64,000 nucleotides of DNA from Candidatus Multivoradales bacterium (GTDB lineage: Bacteria; Acidobacteriota; Thermoanaerobaculia; Multivoradales; JAHEKO01). A program made the translations under genes and the position numbers. The DNA lies in contig CBDCXF010000002.1 of the NCBI GenBank assembly GCA_965223755.1, positions 733,780-797,779 of the forward strand, given 5' to 3'. The notes under the pieces were generated by a model, which was not told the origin of the DNA, did no database searches, and was given only the letters and a program-made list of their open reading frames with translations. Positions 48,211 to 56,805 of this stretch are shown here, one piece after another (the first letter of the stretch is position 1; each line of letters begins with the position of its first letter).

Positions 48211-48239
48211 TTGCAATTACCAATAGATGTTCTAGTATC
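48211..48239 (+). promoter_or_regulatory. Candidate sigma70 promoter of the aro-trp operon (TTGCAA-N17-TAGTAT)
   Basis: -35 TTGCAA 48211-48216, -10 TAGTAT 48234-48239, in the only AT-rich stretch (48130-48250) between the repeat array and the leader ORF. Predicted start ~48246 would make the leader peptide mRNA nearly leaderless. Confidence 0.35.
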
Positions 48240-48248
48240 CTGCTCTCG

Positions 48249-48305
48249 ATGACGATTTTAGCCCTCCTACGCACGACCTCTGGAGCTTGGTGGTGGCCCA
48301 ATTAG
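48249..48305 (+). CDS. trpL: Tryptophan operon leader peptide (18 aa, three consecutive Trp codons)
   Basis: ATG ACG ATT TTA GCC CTC CTA CGC ACG ACC TCT GGA GCT TGG TGG TGG CCC AAT TAG = MTILALLRTTSGAWWWPN*. Followed by alternative hairpins and an intrinsic terminator directly upstream of the DAHP synthase-trpEGDCFBA genes. Confidence 0.6.
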   Translation: MTILALLRTTSGAWWWPN

Positions 48306-48350
48306 GCGGGCCGCTGGCTGTAGTCATCTAAGAAACAAATCAGACCAACC

Positions 48351-48383
48351 GAGCCCGCCGATCCGGCGGGCTTTTTGTTTGTT
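48351..48383 (+). terminator. Attenuator terminator (3:4 hairpin + U-tract) of the trp leader
   Basis: GCCCGCCG-atc-CGGCGGGC followed by TTTTTGTTTGTT. The 3' arm sequence GGCGGGC also occurs at 48305-48311 just after the leader stop, able to pair with the 5' arm (antiterminator 2:3). GGCCC (48295-99) / GGGCC (48308-12) can form a 1:2 pause hairpin. Confidence 0.65.
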
Positions 48384-48429
48384 GGTGCCCGCCTGGGTCC
48401 GGGCTCTTTTGATTCAAAGGAGCTCGATC

Positions 48430-49446
48430 GTGATCATCATTCTCAAACCTGACACCGGCCCGGAGGTGGCCGAGGAACTGATGGCTCGCATTGAAGCCGA
48501 GGGCTGCCGGCCGCTGCACATGCCGGGCAGCGAGCGGGTGGTTCTTGGAGCGCTGGGCGACGAGCGCGTACTCGAGCGGCTGCACCTCGGCAGCCACCCA
48601 GCCGTCGAACAGGTCAAGCGAGTTCTTGCCCCCTATCAGTTGGTCAGCCGTGAAGCCCACCCACAGGATTCGGTGGTCAAGATTGGCGACGTATTGGTGG
48701 GAGGCGGAGCGTTCATGGTCGTTGCCGGCCCCTGTGCGGTCGAGAGTCTCGATCAATTGCAGCGAACCGCCGAAGCGGTGAGTGAAGCCGGGGGCCACGC
48801 CTTGCGCGGGGGCGCGTTCAAACCCCGCACCAGTCCCTACAGTTTTCAAGGCCTTGGCGTCGAGGGCCTCAAGATTCTGCAGCAGGTCTCGTCCGAGACT
48901 TCGCTGCCGACAGTGACCGAAGTGGTCGAAGTCCAGGATGTCGACGATGTCGAGGACCACGCCGATTGCTTCCAAATCGGCACCCGCAATATGCAGAACT
49001 TCCGCCTCCTCAAAGCAGTGGGCAAAAGTTCCAAACCGGTGATCCTCAAGCGCGGCATGGCGGCCAAACTCGACGACCTCTTGTTGGCCGCGGAATACAT
49101 CGTCAGCGAGGGCAATCCCCAGGTGATCCTGTGTGAGCGTGGCATCCGCACCTTCGAAACGGCGATGCGCAACACCCTCGATCTAGCCGCCGTTCCCTAC
49201 CTCAAGCAGCGCACCCACCTGCCCGTATTCGTCGATCCCTCTCACGGTACCGGCCTGCGCGAGCTGGTCTTGCCGACCGCCCTGGGAGCCGCCGCGGTTG
49301 GTGCCGACGGCCTCATCGTCGAGGTCCATCATGATCCCGGCGAAGCGCTATCCGATGGTCGCCAGTCCCTTTATCCAGAACAGTTCAGCGAGCTGATGGA
49401 GGCCCTCATACCTCTGCTCGCCTCTTTGGGTCGGAGGTTGGCGTGA
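48430..49446 (+). CDS. 3-deoxy-D-arabino-heptulosonate-7-phosphate (DAHP) synthase, type I-beta with N-terminal regulatory (ACT/ferredoxin-like) domain
   Basis: GTG 48430 preceded by AAGGAG 8 nt upstream (the longer ORF from 48379 would read through the terminator). Catalytic TIM barrel blocks VVAGPCAVES, GGAFKPRTSPYSFQGLG, KRGMAAK, GLIVEVHHDP. Also related to KDO8P synthases. Confidence 0.85.
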   Translation: MIIILKPDTGPEVAEELMARIEAEGCRPLHMPGSERVVLGALGDERVLERLHLGSHPAVEQVKRVLAPYQLVSREAHPQDSVVKIGDVLVGGGAFMVVAGPCAVESLDQLQRTAEAVSEAGGHALRGGAFKPRTSPYSFQGLGVEGLKILQQVSSETSLPTVTEVVEVQDVDDVEDHADCFQIGTRNMQNFRLLKAVGKSSKPVILKRGMAAKLDDLLLAAEYIVSEGNPQVILCERGIRTFETAMRNTLDLAAVPYLKQRTHLPVFVDPSHGTGLRELVLPTALGAAAVGADGLIVEVHHDPGEALSDGRQSLYPEQFSELMEALIPLLASLGRRLA

Positions 49447-51002
49447 CTGCCCACGAAAACCTGCGGGAACTTGAAATCAATCCCGAACCTTGCGGGCTCT
49501 ATCGGGCTCTCTGCCAAGAGCGCGTCGACACGGCGCTGCTGGAATCGGGAGATGGAACCGAGGGACGGCCGGGACAAAGCTTGCTCCTGGTACGAGCGGC
49601 ACTTCGCATCCAGATTCGCAACCGCACATCGACTGTCTTTCCTTTGACCCCCTACGGCGAGGCGTTGTGCCTGGTGATGGCAGACGACCCCAGATTGAAG
49701 CCGTTTCTCAACCTTCGGTGCAGCGAACGCACGGTCTTCGTTCATCCTGAGCCAGACTCCTATCTTGAGGATCTCGAACGGCTCACTGAACCGGGACCGT
49801 TCGACACCCTGCGCTGTGCCCTCAAGTCTCTCATTTCGATTCCCAACCAGCAGCGACTGCTGGTCGGAGTGTTCAACTTCGAGTTGATCGCCGCCTTCGA
49901 GGACATCCCGGGAATGGATGACGATGACGCGCGCGCCGACTTTCTCCTCGCCCAGCGCTTTGTGCGCATCGACCACCGGGCTGGCAAGACACAGCTCTTC
50001 AATCTCGGCAACGGCAAACCAGATTTTGAGCAACAGGTGCTTGATTTCGCTGGCAGCGAGGTTCCAAGCCAAAGCCATCTCGACCGCAGTCCGCTCACCA
50101 AGGAGGTCGAAGTGGACCTCAGCGACGCCGACTTCTCCAGAGTGGTGCGCCATTGCCGACAAAAGATCCACGAAGGAGAGGTCTTTCAAGTCGTCCCGTC
50201 GCGCAGTTTTCGCGCTCCTTGCCAGGACCCACTCGCCGCTTACCGGCGCTTGCGACAATTGAATCCCAGTCCGTACCAGTTCTTTCTGCGCTCCAAGGAT
50301 GAGGTCCTTTTCGGGGCTTCGCCGGAGACTTGCGTCAAAGTGACCACGGGGGACAAAGGAGCGCGCCTCACTCTGCGCCCGATCGCGGGAACCAGACCGC
50401 GCGGCAGAGATGGCGACGGCAATCTCAACGTGGATTTGGACAATCGGTTGGCCGCCGAACTCGTCCTCGACACCAAAGAGCAAGCCGAGCACATGATGCT
50501 GGTGGACTTGGCGCGCAACGATGTTGCCCGCGTCTGCGTACCAGGAAGCCGGCGCGTCAGCCACTTGCTTTCCCTCGAGCATTACTCCCACGTCTCTCAT
50601 CTGGTCTCGGAGATTGAAGGCCGCCTACGGCCGGACCTCGACGCGTTGCACGCCTACCAAGCCTGCATGAACATGGGCACCCTGACCGGTGCTCCCAAGT
50701 TGCGCGCCACCGAACTCATTGCCGAGTTCGAGGCGACGCCGCGAGGTCCCTATGGCGGCGCCGTCGCCTACCTTCTAGGTGACGGCGGAACGTCGACATC
50801 GCTCGACAGTGCCATTGCCATCCGCAGTGCCCAAGTCCGCGATGGGACAGCTCGCGTACGCGCGGGGGCTGGAGTGGTGCGCGACTCGAATCCAAGTGCC
50901 GAAGCACTGGAGACCCGGCGCAAGGCTGCAGCGGTCCTCATGGCGTTGCGCCCGGAAAGGACCCCAAAGAAGACCCAAGATATAGCAGGAGAGTCACAGT
51001 GA
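49443..51002 (+). CDS. trpE: Anthranilate synthase component I
   Basis: GTG overlapping upstream stop (GTGA). Chorismate-binding C-terminal domain motifs LTGAPK, GPYGGAVAYL, GAGVVRDS. Confidence 0.9.
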   Translation: MTAHENLRELEINPEPCGLYRALCQERVDTALLESGDGTEGRPGQSLLLVRAALRIQIRNRTSTVFPLTPYGEALCLVMADDPRLKPFLNLRCSERTVFVHPEPDSYLEDLERLTEPGPFDTLRCALKSLISIPNQQRLLVGVFNFELIAAFEDIPGMDDDDARADFLLAQRFVRIDHRAGKTQLFNLGNGKPDFEQQVLDFAGSEVPSQSHLDRSPLTKEVEVDLSDADFSRVVRHCRQKIHEGEVFQVVPSRSFRAPCQDPLAAYRRLRQLNPSPYQFFLRSKDEVLFGASPETCVKVTTGDKGARLTLRPIAGTRPRGRDGDGNLNVDLDNRLAAELVLDTKEQAEHMMLVDLARNDVARVCVPGSRRVSHLLSLEHYSHVSHLVSEIEGRLRPDLDALHAYQACMNMGTLTGAPKLRATELIAEFEATPRGPYGGAVAYLLGDGGTSTSLDSAIAIRSAQVRDGTARVRAGAGVVRDSNPSAEALETRRKAAAVLMALRPERTPKKTQDIAGESQ

Positions 51003-51592
51003 AAGACCCGACTCCCATCATCTTGGTCGACAACCGCGACTCGTTTACCTTCAATCTGGTTGACTCTTTCCGGCGCCTCGGCAGCCAGGTCTCGGTGTAC
51101 CGCAACTGCTCGGCGGCACATCACCTCTTTGACCTCGCAAGACACGAAAAGGCATTGGTGGTTTTGTCTCCCGGTCCGGGCCGACCCGAGGACGCGGGCT
51201 GCTGCCTTGAACTCATCGAGTTGGCTTGTGACAGGGCTCCCGTTCTCGGCATTTGTCTCGGCCTTCAGGCAATCGGCCAGGCAAATGGTATTCCGGTGGT
51301 TTCTGCACCGCTGCCGGTGCATGGCGAAGCGTCTTATCTCGACCACGACGGGGAAGGTCTGCTGTCCGATTTGCCGCAAACTATCCGCGTCGGCCGCTAT
51401 CACAGCCTTTGCATTCGTTCTTTGCCTGGATTCCAGATCCATGCGTCGCTGGACGGCATGGTGATGGCGGCGGGCGACTCGAAAAGCGGGCAAATGGGAT
51501 TGCAGTTTCACCCTGAATCCATCCTGACGCCCTACGGCGATGCCATCCTCGCCAACGCCCTCTCCATCAGTCGGAGCTTCTACGATGCGTGA
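50999..51592 (+). CDS. trpG: Anthranilate synthase component II (glutamine amidotransferase)
   Basis: Class-I GATase triad context (GICLGLQAIG, HPES). 197 aa. GTGA overlap with trpE. Confidence 0.9.
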   Translation: MKDPTPIILVDNRDSFTFNLVDSFRRLGSQVSVYRNCSAAHHLFDLARHEKALVVLSPGPGRPEDAGCCLELIELACDRAPVLGICLGLQAIGQANGIPVVSAPLPVHGEASYLDHDGEGLLSDLPQTIRVGRYHSLCIRSLPGFQIHASLDGMVMAAGDSKSGQMGLQFHPESILTPYGDAILANALSISRSFYDA

Positions 51593-52592
51593 AGTCCTCG
51601 ACCTTCTCTGCCAACGAACCGACCTGGATGGCGCCGCTACCGAGACTGTTTTTCGAGAACTGGTAGCGGGAAAGCTGGATCCTCTGTTCGTCGCCGCATT
51701 CCTCGCCGCCCTTCGCTCCAAAGGAGAAACGCCGTCGGAAGTGGCTGGAGCGGCGAAGGCGCTGCTGGACAGCGCCTTGCCGTTTCCACGCCCCGACTAC
51801 CCGTTCGCCGACTTGGTCGGAACCGGCGGTGACGGAGCCGGCACCATCAATCTCTCGACTGCAGCGGCTCTTACGGTGGCCGCGGCCGGTTTGCCGGTCG
51901 CCAAACATGGCAACCGCTCGGTCTCATCCCAATGCGGATCGGCTGATGTCTTGGAAGCATTGGGAGTGCGCATCGACCCCCAACCGGATGTCGCTCGCCG
52001 GGGCCTGGACGAGTGCGGTTTCTGTTTTCTCTTCGCGCCGCAATATCACTCCGGATTGAAGCATGCGATGCCGGTGCGGAAAGCCCTCGGCATTCGTACG
52101 ACGATGAATCTGCTCGGGCCGCTGGTCAATCCAGCACGACCGACTATCTTGCTGGTCGGGGTCTACGATCCCCGCATCCTGCATCTGGTGGGCGCCGCAC
52201 TCTCCGATCTCGACGCGGACATGGCATTGGTCGTCCACGGGAGTGGAATCGACGAAGTGGCGTTGCACGGTTCCACCGATGCCGTTCGCTTGCACGACGG
52301 CCAACTCGAGAGTTTGCACATCGTTCCCGAGGAAGTCGGTCTGCAGCGACACGCTCTTGAGGGTCTGCGCGGTGGCGATGCCGACGCAAACGCGGCGCGA
52401 CTGAGGAGCATTCTTGCCGGGCAAGGGTCGTCCGCCGAAGCTGCCGCGGTAGCGCTCAATGCCGGAGCGTTGCTGTGGATCTCGGGGCACTCCGAGTCTT
52501 TGACCGAAGGAGTGAAGCGAGCTGGCGGTGTCTTGGCCACGGGCAAACCACTTGAGGTGGTCGAGGCCTATGGAGCAATCTCCCATGGCTGA
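51585..52592 (+). CDS. trpD: Anthranilate phosphoribosyltransferase
   Basis: Start at internal ATG (MREVLDLL...) overlapping trpG by 8 nt. GTGGDGAGTINLSTAAA and NLLGPLVNPA signature blocks. Confidence 0.9.
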   Translation: MREVLDLLCQRTDLDGAATETVFRELVAGKLDPLFVAAFLAALRSKGETPSEVAGAAKALLDSALPFPRPDYPFADLVGTGGDGAGTINLSTAAALTVAAAGLPVAKHGNRSVSSQCGSADVLEALGVRIDPQPDVARRGLDECGFCFLFAPQYHSGLKHAMPVRKALGIRTTMNLLGPLVNPARPTILLVGVYDPRILHLVGAALSDLDADMALVVHGSGIDEVALHGSTDAVRLHDGQLESLHIVPEEVGLQRHALEGLRGGDADANAARLRSILAGQGSSAEAAAVALNAGALLWISGHSESLTEGVKRAGGVLATGKPLEVVEAYGAISHG

Positions 52593-54054
52593 GCCCGAAT
52601 CTGGACTCCTGCGCCCATCCGCGGGGAAAGCGTCCGTCCTCGAGGAAATCGTCGCGAGCTGCCGCAAACGGCTCGAGGCACGGATGCACGGTCGATCTTT
52701 GGCGGGGTTGCTTGAGGCGGCGAGCCCGAGCCAACGCGGCCTGACCAAAGCGCTCCAGCGTCCGGGAGCGCGTTTCATCCTTGAAATGAAGCGCCGATCT
52801 CCGTCACGAGGCAATCTGCGACCACTGGCGACCGTCCAGGAGATGAGCGCCGCCTATCGCGGACTTGCCGACGCCGTCAGCGTCCTGACAGAACCGGACT
52901 TTTTCGGCGGATCCTTGACCGACCTCGAACAGATGAGCTCGGCTATCGATATCCCCATCTTGCAAAAGGACTTCATTCTTGACCCCTTCCAGATTGTGGA
53001 CGCACGCCTGCATGGCGCCGACGCCGTCTTGCTGATGCTGTCCGTTGTGAACGACCGCACCGCGCGCGAGTGCTTGGAGATGTGCGAAAAGCTGAGGGTC
53101 GACGCCCTTGTAGAAGTTCACGATGAGGAGGAACTGCAGCGCGCAATTGAACTAGATGTTCCGCTGATCGGCATCAACAACCGAGACTTGCGGACTCTAG
53201 AAGTCGACCCAACCACGACCGAGCGTCTGGCGCCAAGGGTTCCTGACAATCGAATTCTGGTGGCCGAATCGGGGATTGCCAGCGCTAAGGAAGTTGCGCG
53301 TTTGGCTCCGCTGGTTGACGGGTTTCTGGTCGGAAGCTCGCTGATGGTGGACCCGGATCTGCGCGGAGCCGCAGCCGCACTGGTGTCGGGACGAATCAAG
53401 ATCTGTGGTTTGACTCGAGCCGAAGACGCGGTCGCTGCGGCGCGGATCGGTGCTTGGCGTCTGGGGGCCGTATTGGCTCCGGATTCACCTCGACGCACGA
53501 CTCCAGAGGCGGCGCGGCGCATGACCGAGGCCACAGAACTGCCAACCGTCGCGGTGTTCCGATCCCAGGCAGTCGACGAGATCGCTCGTTTGGCCGACGA
53601 AGCCGGCGCGCCTTGCGTTCAAATCCACCAAGACCTTTCCATCGCAGACATCCAAGGATTGCGCGACGCTCTTCCAGGGGTCGAGATCTGGGGCGCGACC
53701 GGCTTCACGCCAAACCGCAAAGTCGAGGCGATTCCCACTCTGCCGGTGGATCGCATGGTCTTGGATGCCGCGGTCAACGGACGCAGTGGCGGCACCGGAC
53801 GTCAGCTCGATTGGGAACGCTTTTCCCACTTGCTCGGATTCGAGAAGACCATCCTTGCCGGAGGGATTCGTCCCGACAATGCCCTTCGTGCACGGAACTA
53901 CGGCGCCTACGCTTTGGATCTGAGTTCCGGAGTCGAGTCGGAGCCGGGGATCAAAGATCACCGCAAACTGGCGGCGTTACAAGATGCCCTGCGCGCCGCC
54001 AGCAGCCCCGACTTTCGACATCGGGCGGCCCCAGATACGGAGACCTCACCATGA
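52585..54054 (+). CDS. trpC: Bifunctional indole-3-glycerol-phosphate synthase / phosphoribosylanthranilate isomerase (TrpC-TrpF fusion)
   Basis: N-half IGPS ([32 protein letters not shown]). C-half PRAI ([26 protein letters not shown]). Alternative start ATG 52570. Confidence 0.9.
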   Translation: MAEPESGLLRPSAGKASVLEEIVASCRKRLEARMHGRSLAGLLEAASPSQRGLTKALQRPGARFILEMKRRSPSRGNLRPLATVQEMSAAYRGLADAVSVLTEPDFFGGSLTDLEQMSSAIDIPILQKDFILDPFQIVDARLHGADAVLLMLSVVNDRTARECLEMCEKLRVDALVEVHDEEELQRAIELDVPLIGINNRDLRTLEVDPTTTERLAPRVPDNRILVAESGIASAKEVARLAPLVDGFLVGSSLMVDPDLRGAAAALVSGRIKICGLTRAEDAVAAARIGAWRLGAVLAPDSPRRTTPEAARRMTEATELPTVAVFRSQAVDEIARLADEAGAPCVQIHQDLSIADIQGLRDALPGVEIWGATGFTPNRKVEAIPTLPVDRMVLDAAVNGRSGGTGRQLDWERFSHLLGFEKTILAGGIRPDNALRARNYGAYALDLSSGVESEPGIKDHRKLAALQDALRAASSPDFRHRAAPDTETSP

Positions 54055-55235
54055 CCTTTGCCGCATCGACCCGCTTTGGCGAGTACGGTGGCGCCTTTGT
54101 TCCGCAAATCCTCGTCCCTGCTCTCAGCCAACTTGAACAAGCCTGGCTCGCCGCTCGGGAGGATCGCTCCTTCCAGAGCGAACTCAACGCCCTTCTTGCC
54201 GACTACGCCGGCCGCCCCACCCCCCTGACGCGCTGCAGCAATCTCTCCGGCGAGGGAGTGGACATCTATCTCAAGCGCGAGGACTTGCTGCACGGAGGCG
54301 CCCACAAGACCAACCAAGTGCTGGCGCAAGGACTGCTCACTCGGGCGATGGGCAAGAAGCGGGTGATCGCCGAAACCGGAGCCGGCCAGCACGGCGTCGC
54401 CTGCGCCTTGGTCGGTGCGTTGCTCAACCTCGAGACGGTTGTCTATATGGGCGCCAAAGACATAAAACGCCAGCAGCCCAACGTCTACCGAATGCGCTTG
54501 ATGGGCGCTGAGGTGGTGCCGGTGGACAGTGGCAGCGGCACCCTCAAAGACGCCATCAACGAGGCCTTACGCGATTGGTCGGCGTCCTACGAGTCCAGCC
54601 ACTACCTGCTGGGCACGGCCGCGGGACCGCACCCCTATCCGAGCATGGTCGCCGACTTCCAGAAAATCATCGGCGATGAAGCGCGCGAACAGATCCTCGG
54701 CGCCGCCGGTCGGTTGCCCGATCAGATCATTGCCTGCGTCGGCGGCGGATCCAACGCCATCGGCATCTTTCAAGCCTTCCTCGACGATGAGGTGGAGTTG
54801 ATCGGCGTTGAACCGGGGGGCTCTGGAACCAGGCATGGTGCGACCTTGGGCCGCGGTCGTCCGGGTGTTCTGCATGGTGCGTTCAGTTACCTTCTGCACG
54901 ATCCAGACGGGCAAATATCGGAAAGTCACTCCGTCTCCGCTGGACTCGACTATCCGGGTGTCGGGCCCCAGCACGCCCAACTCAAGGACAGCGGGCGAGC
55001 CCGCTACACCGAAGCAACCGACGACCAGGCTCTTGAGGCGTTCCACCAACTCGCCCGGGGCGAAGGCATTCTTCCGGCGTTCGAGTCCGCGCACGCGTTG
55101 GCCTACGCCTTCCAGGAGGCCGAGCGCCTTCGCGCCGGAGGTGTTGAAGCAACGCTTCTCGTCAACCTCTCCGGGCGCGGCGACAAAGACGTGCCGACAG
55201 CCATGGCATTTACAGCTGAAGGTAGCGAATCATGA
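54051..55235 (+). CDS. trpB: Tryptophan synthase beta chain
   Basis: ATG 54051 overlapping trpC/F stop (ATGA). The ORF-track entry 53454..55235 has a spurious 199-codon N-terminal extension. PLP-lysine region [35 protein letters not shown]. Confidence 0.9.
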   Translation: MTFAASTRFGEYGGAFVPQILVPALSQLEQAWLAAREDRSFQSELNALLADYAGRPTPLTRCSNLSGEGVDIYLKREDLLHGGAHKTNQVLAQGLLTRAMGKKRVIAETGAGQHGVACALVGALLNLETVVYMGAKDIKRQQPNVYRMRLMGAEVVPVDSGSGTLKDAINEALRDWSASYESSHYLLGTAAGPHPYPSMVADFQKIIGDEAREQILGAAGRLPDQIIACVGGGSNAIGIFQAFLDDEVELIGVEPGGSGTRHGATLGRGRPGVLHGAFSYLLHDPDGQISESHSVSAGLDYPGVGPQHAQLKDSGRARYTEATDDQALEAFHQLARGEGILPAFESAHALAYAFQEAERLRAGGVEATLLVNLSGRGDKDVPTAMAFTAEGSES

Positions 55236-56056
55236 TTGACCGCTACGCAGAGCTGTTCGCCAGGGCGGCCGCTGAGAAACGAGGCGTCTTCGTGCCGTTT
55301 GTGGTGCTGGGCGACCCAGGCCCTGCAACCTCAGACCGCATCCTCGACGCCTTGGTCGAGGGTGGTGCCGACGCGCTGGAACTCGGCATCCCCCACTCCG
55401 ACCCGATCGCCGACGGACCGGTAATCCAAAGAGCGGGGCGGCGATCGCTCAATGCCGGAACGACCGTGGGCTCCTGCCTGGATCAATTGGCCCGCTTTCG
55501 ACAGCGACACAACGACATCCCGGTTGGCGTCCTCACCTACGCCAACCTTGCCATCGCCCGGGGCGTTGATCGCTTCTATGGCGATCTAGCAGAAGCAGGT
55601 GTCGATTCGGCTCTCCTGGCCGACGTTCCCGTCGAGGAGGCAGAGCCCTTCGTCACCGCTGCAAGGACGACGGGCATCCATCCCATCTTGATCGCGCCGC
55701 CCAACGCCGATGACGCCACGCTCAAGTCGGTGGCAGATCTTTCCGGTGGCTACACCTACTGCGTCGCCCGTCCGGGCGTCACCGGCAAGCGAGAAGAGCT
55801 TGGCGAAGATGCGTTTGGACTGTTTTCAAGACTTCGTCAGTTGGGCGCTCCGCCCACGCTCCTCGGTTTCGGCATCAGCGCACCCGAGCACGTCCGTAGG
55901 GCCATCGCGGCAGGTGCCGCCGGGGCCATTTCGGGCTCGGCCGTAGTCGCGCGAATCGAAGATCGCCTCAAACAAGGCGAAGATCCGTTCGCCGCGGTCA
56001 AGGAATGCGTTCTATCGATGCGCTCCGCCGGAGGGACGCCAACCGGTGCTCAATGA
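55232..56056 (+). CDS. trpA: Tryptophan synthase alpha chain
   Basis: 274 aa TIM barrel. [17 protein letters not shown] and GFGIS motifs. ATGA overlap with trpB. Confidence 0.9.
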   Translation: MIDRYAELFARAAAEKRGVFVPFVVLGDPGPATSDRILDALVEGGADALELGIPHSDPIADGPVIQRAGRRSLNAGTTVGSCLDQLARFRQRHNDIPVGVLTYANLAIARGVDRFYGDLAEAGVDSALLADVPVEEAEPFVTAARTTGIHPILIAPPNADDATLKSVADLSGGYTYCVARPGVTGKREELGEDAFGLFSRLRQLGAPPTLLGFGISAPEHVRRAIAAGAAGAISGSAVVARIEDRLKQGEDPFAAVKECVLSMRSAGGTPTGAQ

Positions 56057-56079
56057 AGCGTGTTGGCGGGGCGACCAGC

Positions 56080-56559
56080 CTAGGTCGCCTCGCGCCTCAG
56101 GACCTGCTCCCAAATGCCACGCAAATGCTTGTCGGAGCCGCCGCGACGAAAGTACTCCATCTTCATCAGAATCACGTCCTCCGGCGTAGCGAATGAGGCT
56201 TCGAACCCCGGCTGAGCTTGGACTCGAACCGCCCGGGCAAAACGACTCTTGTTGAACGGCGTCGACTCCGCGACCATGAAGTCAACTTTGAGCCCCGACC
56301 CTGGGTGAATTAGATTGAATTGTCCCTCGCGTCCGACAGCTTCTTTCGCCGCCTCTTCGCTTATATAAAAATCGGGCGAAGAAAACTCTTCGACCAACAA
56401 GGATGCATTCTTCGCAGAGAGCGACACGACGATGTCGATGTCATTGGTGAACCGAGGTTCGCCGTAAAAAATGGTCGCAATCGACCCAGTGACGAAGTAG
56501 GGAATACCGAGGTCTTCCAGAGCTTGCACAACCCTGCGAAGAAGCTCATCCTGTGCCAC
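56080..56559 (-). CDS. Minimal nucleotidyltransferase (pol-beta superfamily) domain protein, candidate toxin/antitoxin component
   Basis: GTG 56559 preceded by AGGAGG 7 nt upstream. hG[GS]x12DIDI motif in YFVTGSIATIFYGEPRFTNDIDIVVSL. 159 aa. Overlaps the 3' end of the preceding small ORF by 14 nt. The ORF-track entry extends a further 45 codons upstream. Confidence 0.5.
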   Translation of the reverse strand: MAQDELLRRVVQALEDLGIPYFVTGSIATIFYGEPRFTNDIDIVVSLSAKNASLLVEEFSSPDFYISEEAAKEAVGREGQFNLIHPGSGLKVDFMVAESTPFNKSRFARAVRVQAQPGFEASFATPEDVILMKMEYFRRGGSDKHLRGIWEQVLRREAT

Positions 56560-56761
56560 GCGATAGCCTCCTGGAGACTTCCTTGCGAGTCTTTGACTTC
56601 GACCATTCCGGGTGACTGGCCTCAAGGTGACTTGTGAGCATCCGCCGTGCCGCAGAGTACATTTCGCTGGCGATGCGCAGCCGCTCCGCTCCACTCATCG
56701 AACGCAATACAGCAGCCATTTCGGGATCGAGGCGTTCGATTGACGCAAGCTCAGAACCCAT
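56546..56761 (-). CDS. Small (71 aa) helical protein encoded immediately upstream of and overlapping the nucleotidyltransferase gene. Putative partner (antitoxin-like)
   Basis: ATG 56761 with AAAGGT 3 nt upstream. MGSELASIERLDPEMAAVLRSMSGAERLRIASEMYSAARRMLTSHLEASHPEWSK... Contains an R-x4-H motif (RMLTSH) but is shorter than canonical HEPN domains. Confidence 0.4.
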   Translation of the reverse strand: MGSELASIERLDPEMAAVLRSMSGAERLRIASEMYSAARRMLTSHLEASHPEWSKSKTRKEVSRRLSRGTG

Positions 56762-56805
56762 ACCTTTAGAATCCTACCCTGGGCACTACAAGTCTAGGCC
56801 GGGAT

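Noticed and set aside
48379-48429. Upstream TTG start of the DAHP synthase ORF (ORF track 48379..49446)
   Set aside because: This extension reads through the attenuator terminator and its T-tract. A GTG at 48430 has a perfect AAGGAG RBS 8 nt upstream.
49371-52814. Long antisense ORFs 49371..50600 (409 aa), 50768..51721 (317 aa), 51924..52814 (296 aa)
   Set aside because: They lie fully inside trpE, trpG/trpD and trpD/trpC on the opposite strand. Arg/Ala/Gly-rich composition typical of antisense frames in high-GC DNA. No motifs.
53454-54050. N-terminal 199 codons of ORF 53454..55235 (Arg/Gly-rich)
   Set aside because: Alternative-frame read-through across trpC/F. The genuine trpB starts at ATG 54051 ([14 protein letters not shown]...), coupled to the trpC/F stop.
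56560-56694. 45-codon N-terminal extension of the nucleotidyltransferase ORF (56080..56694)
   Set aside because: It overlaps most of the upstream small gene in another frame. The internal GTG 56559 has a consensus AGGAGG RBS.
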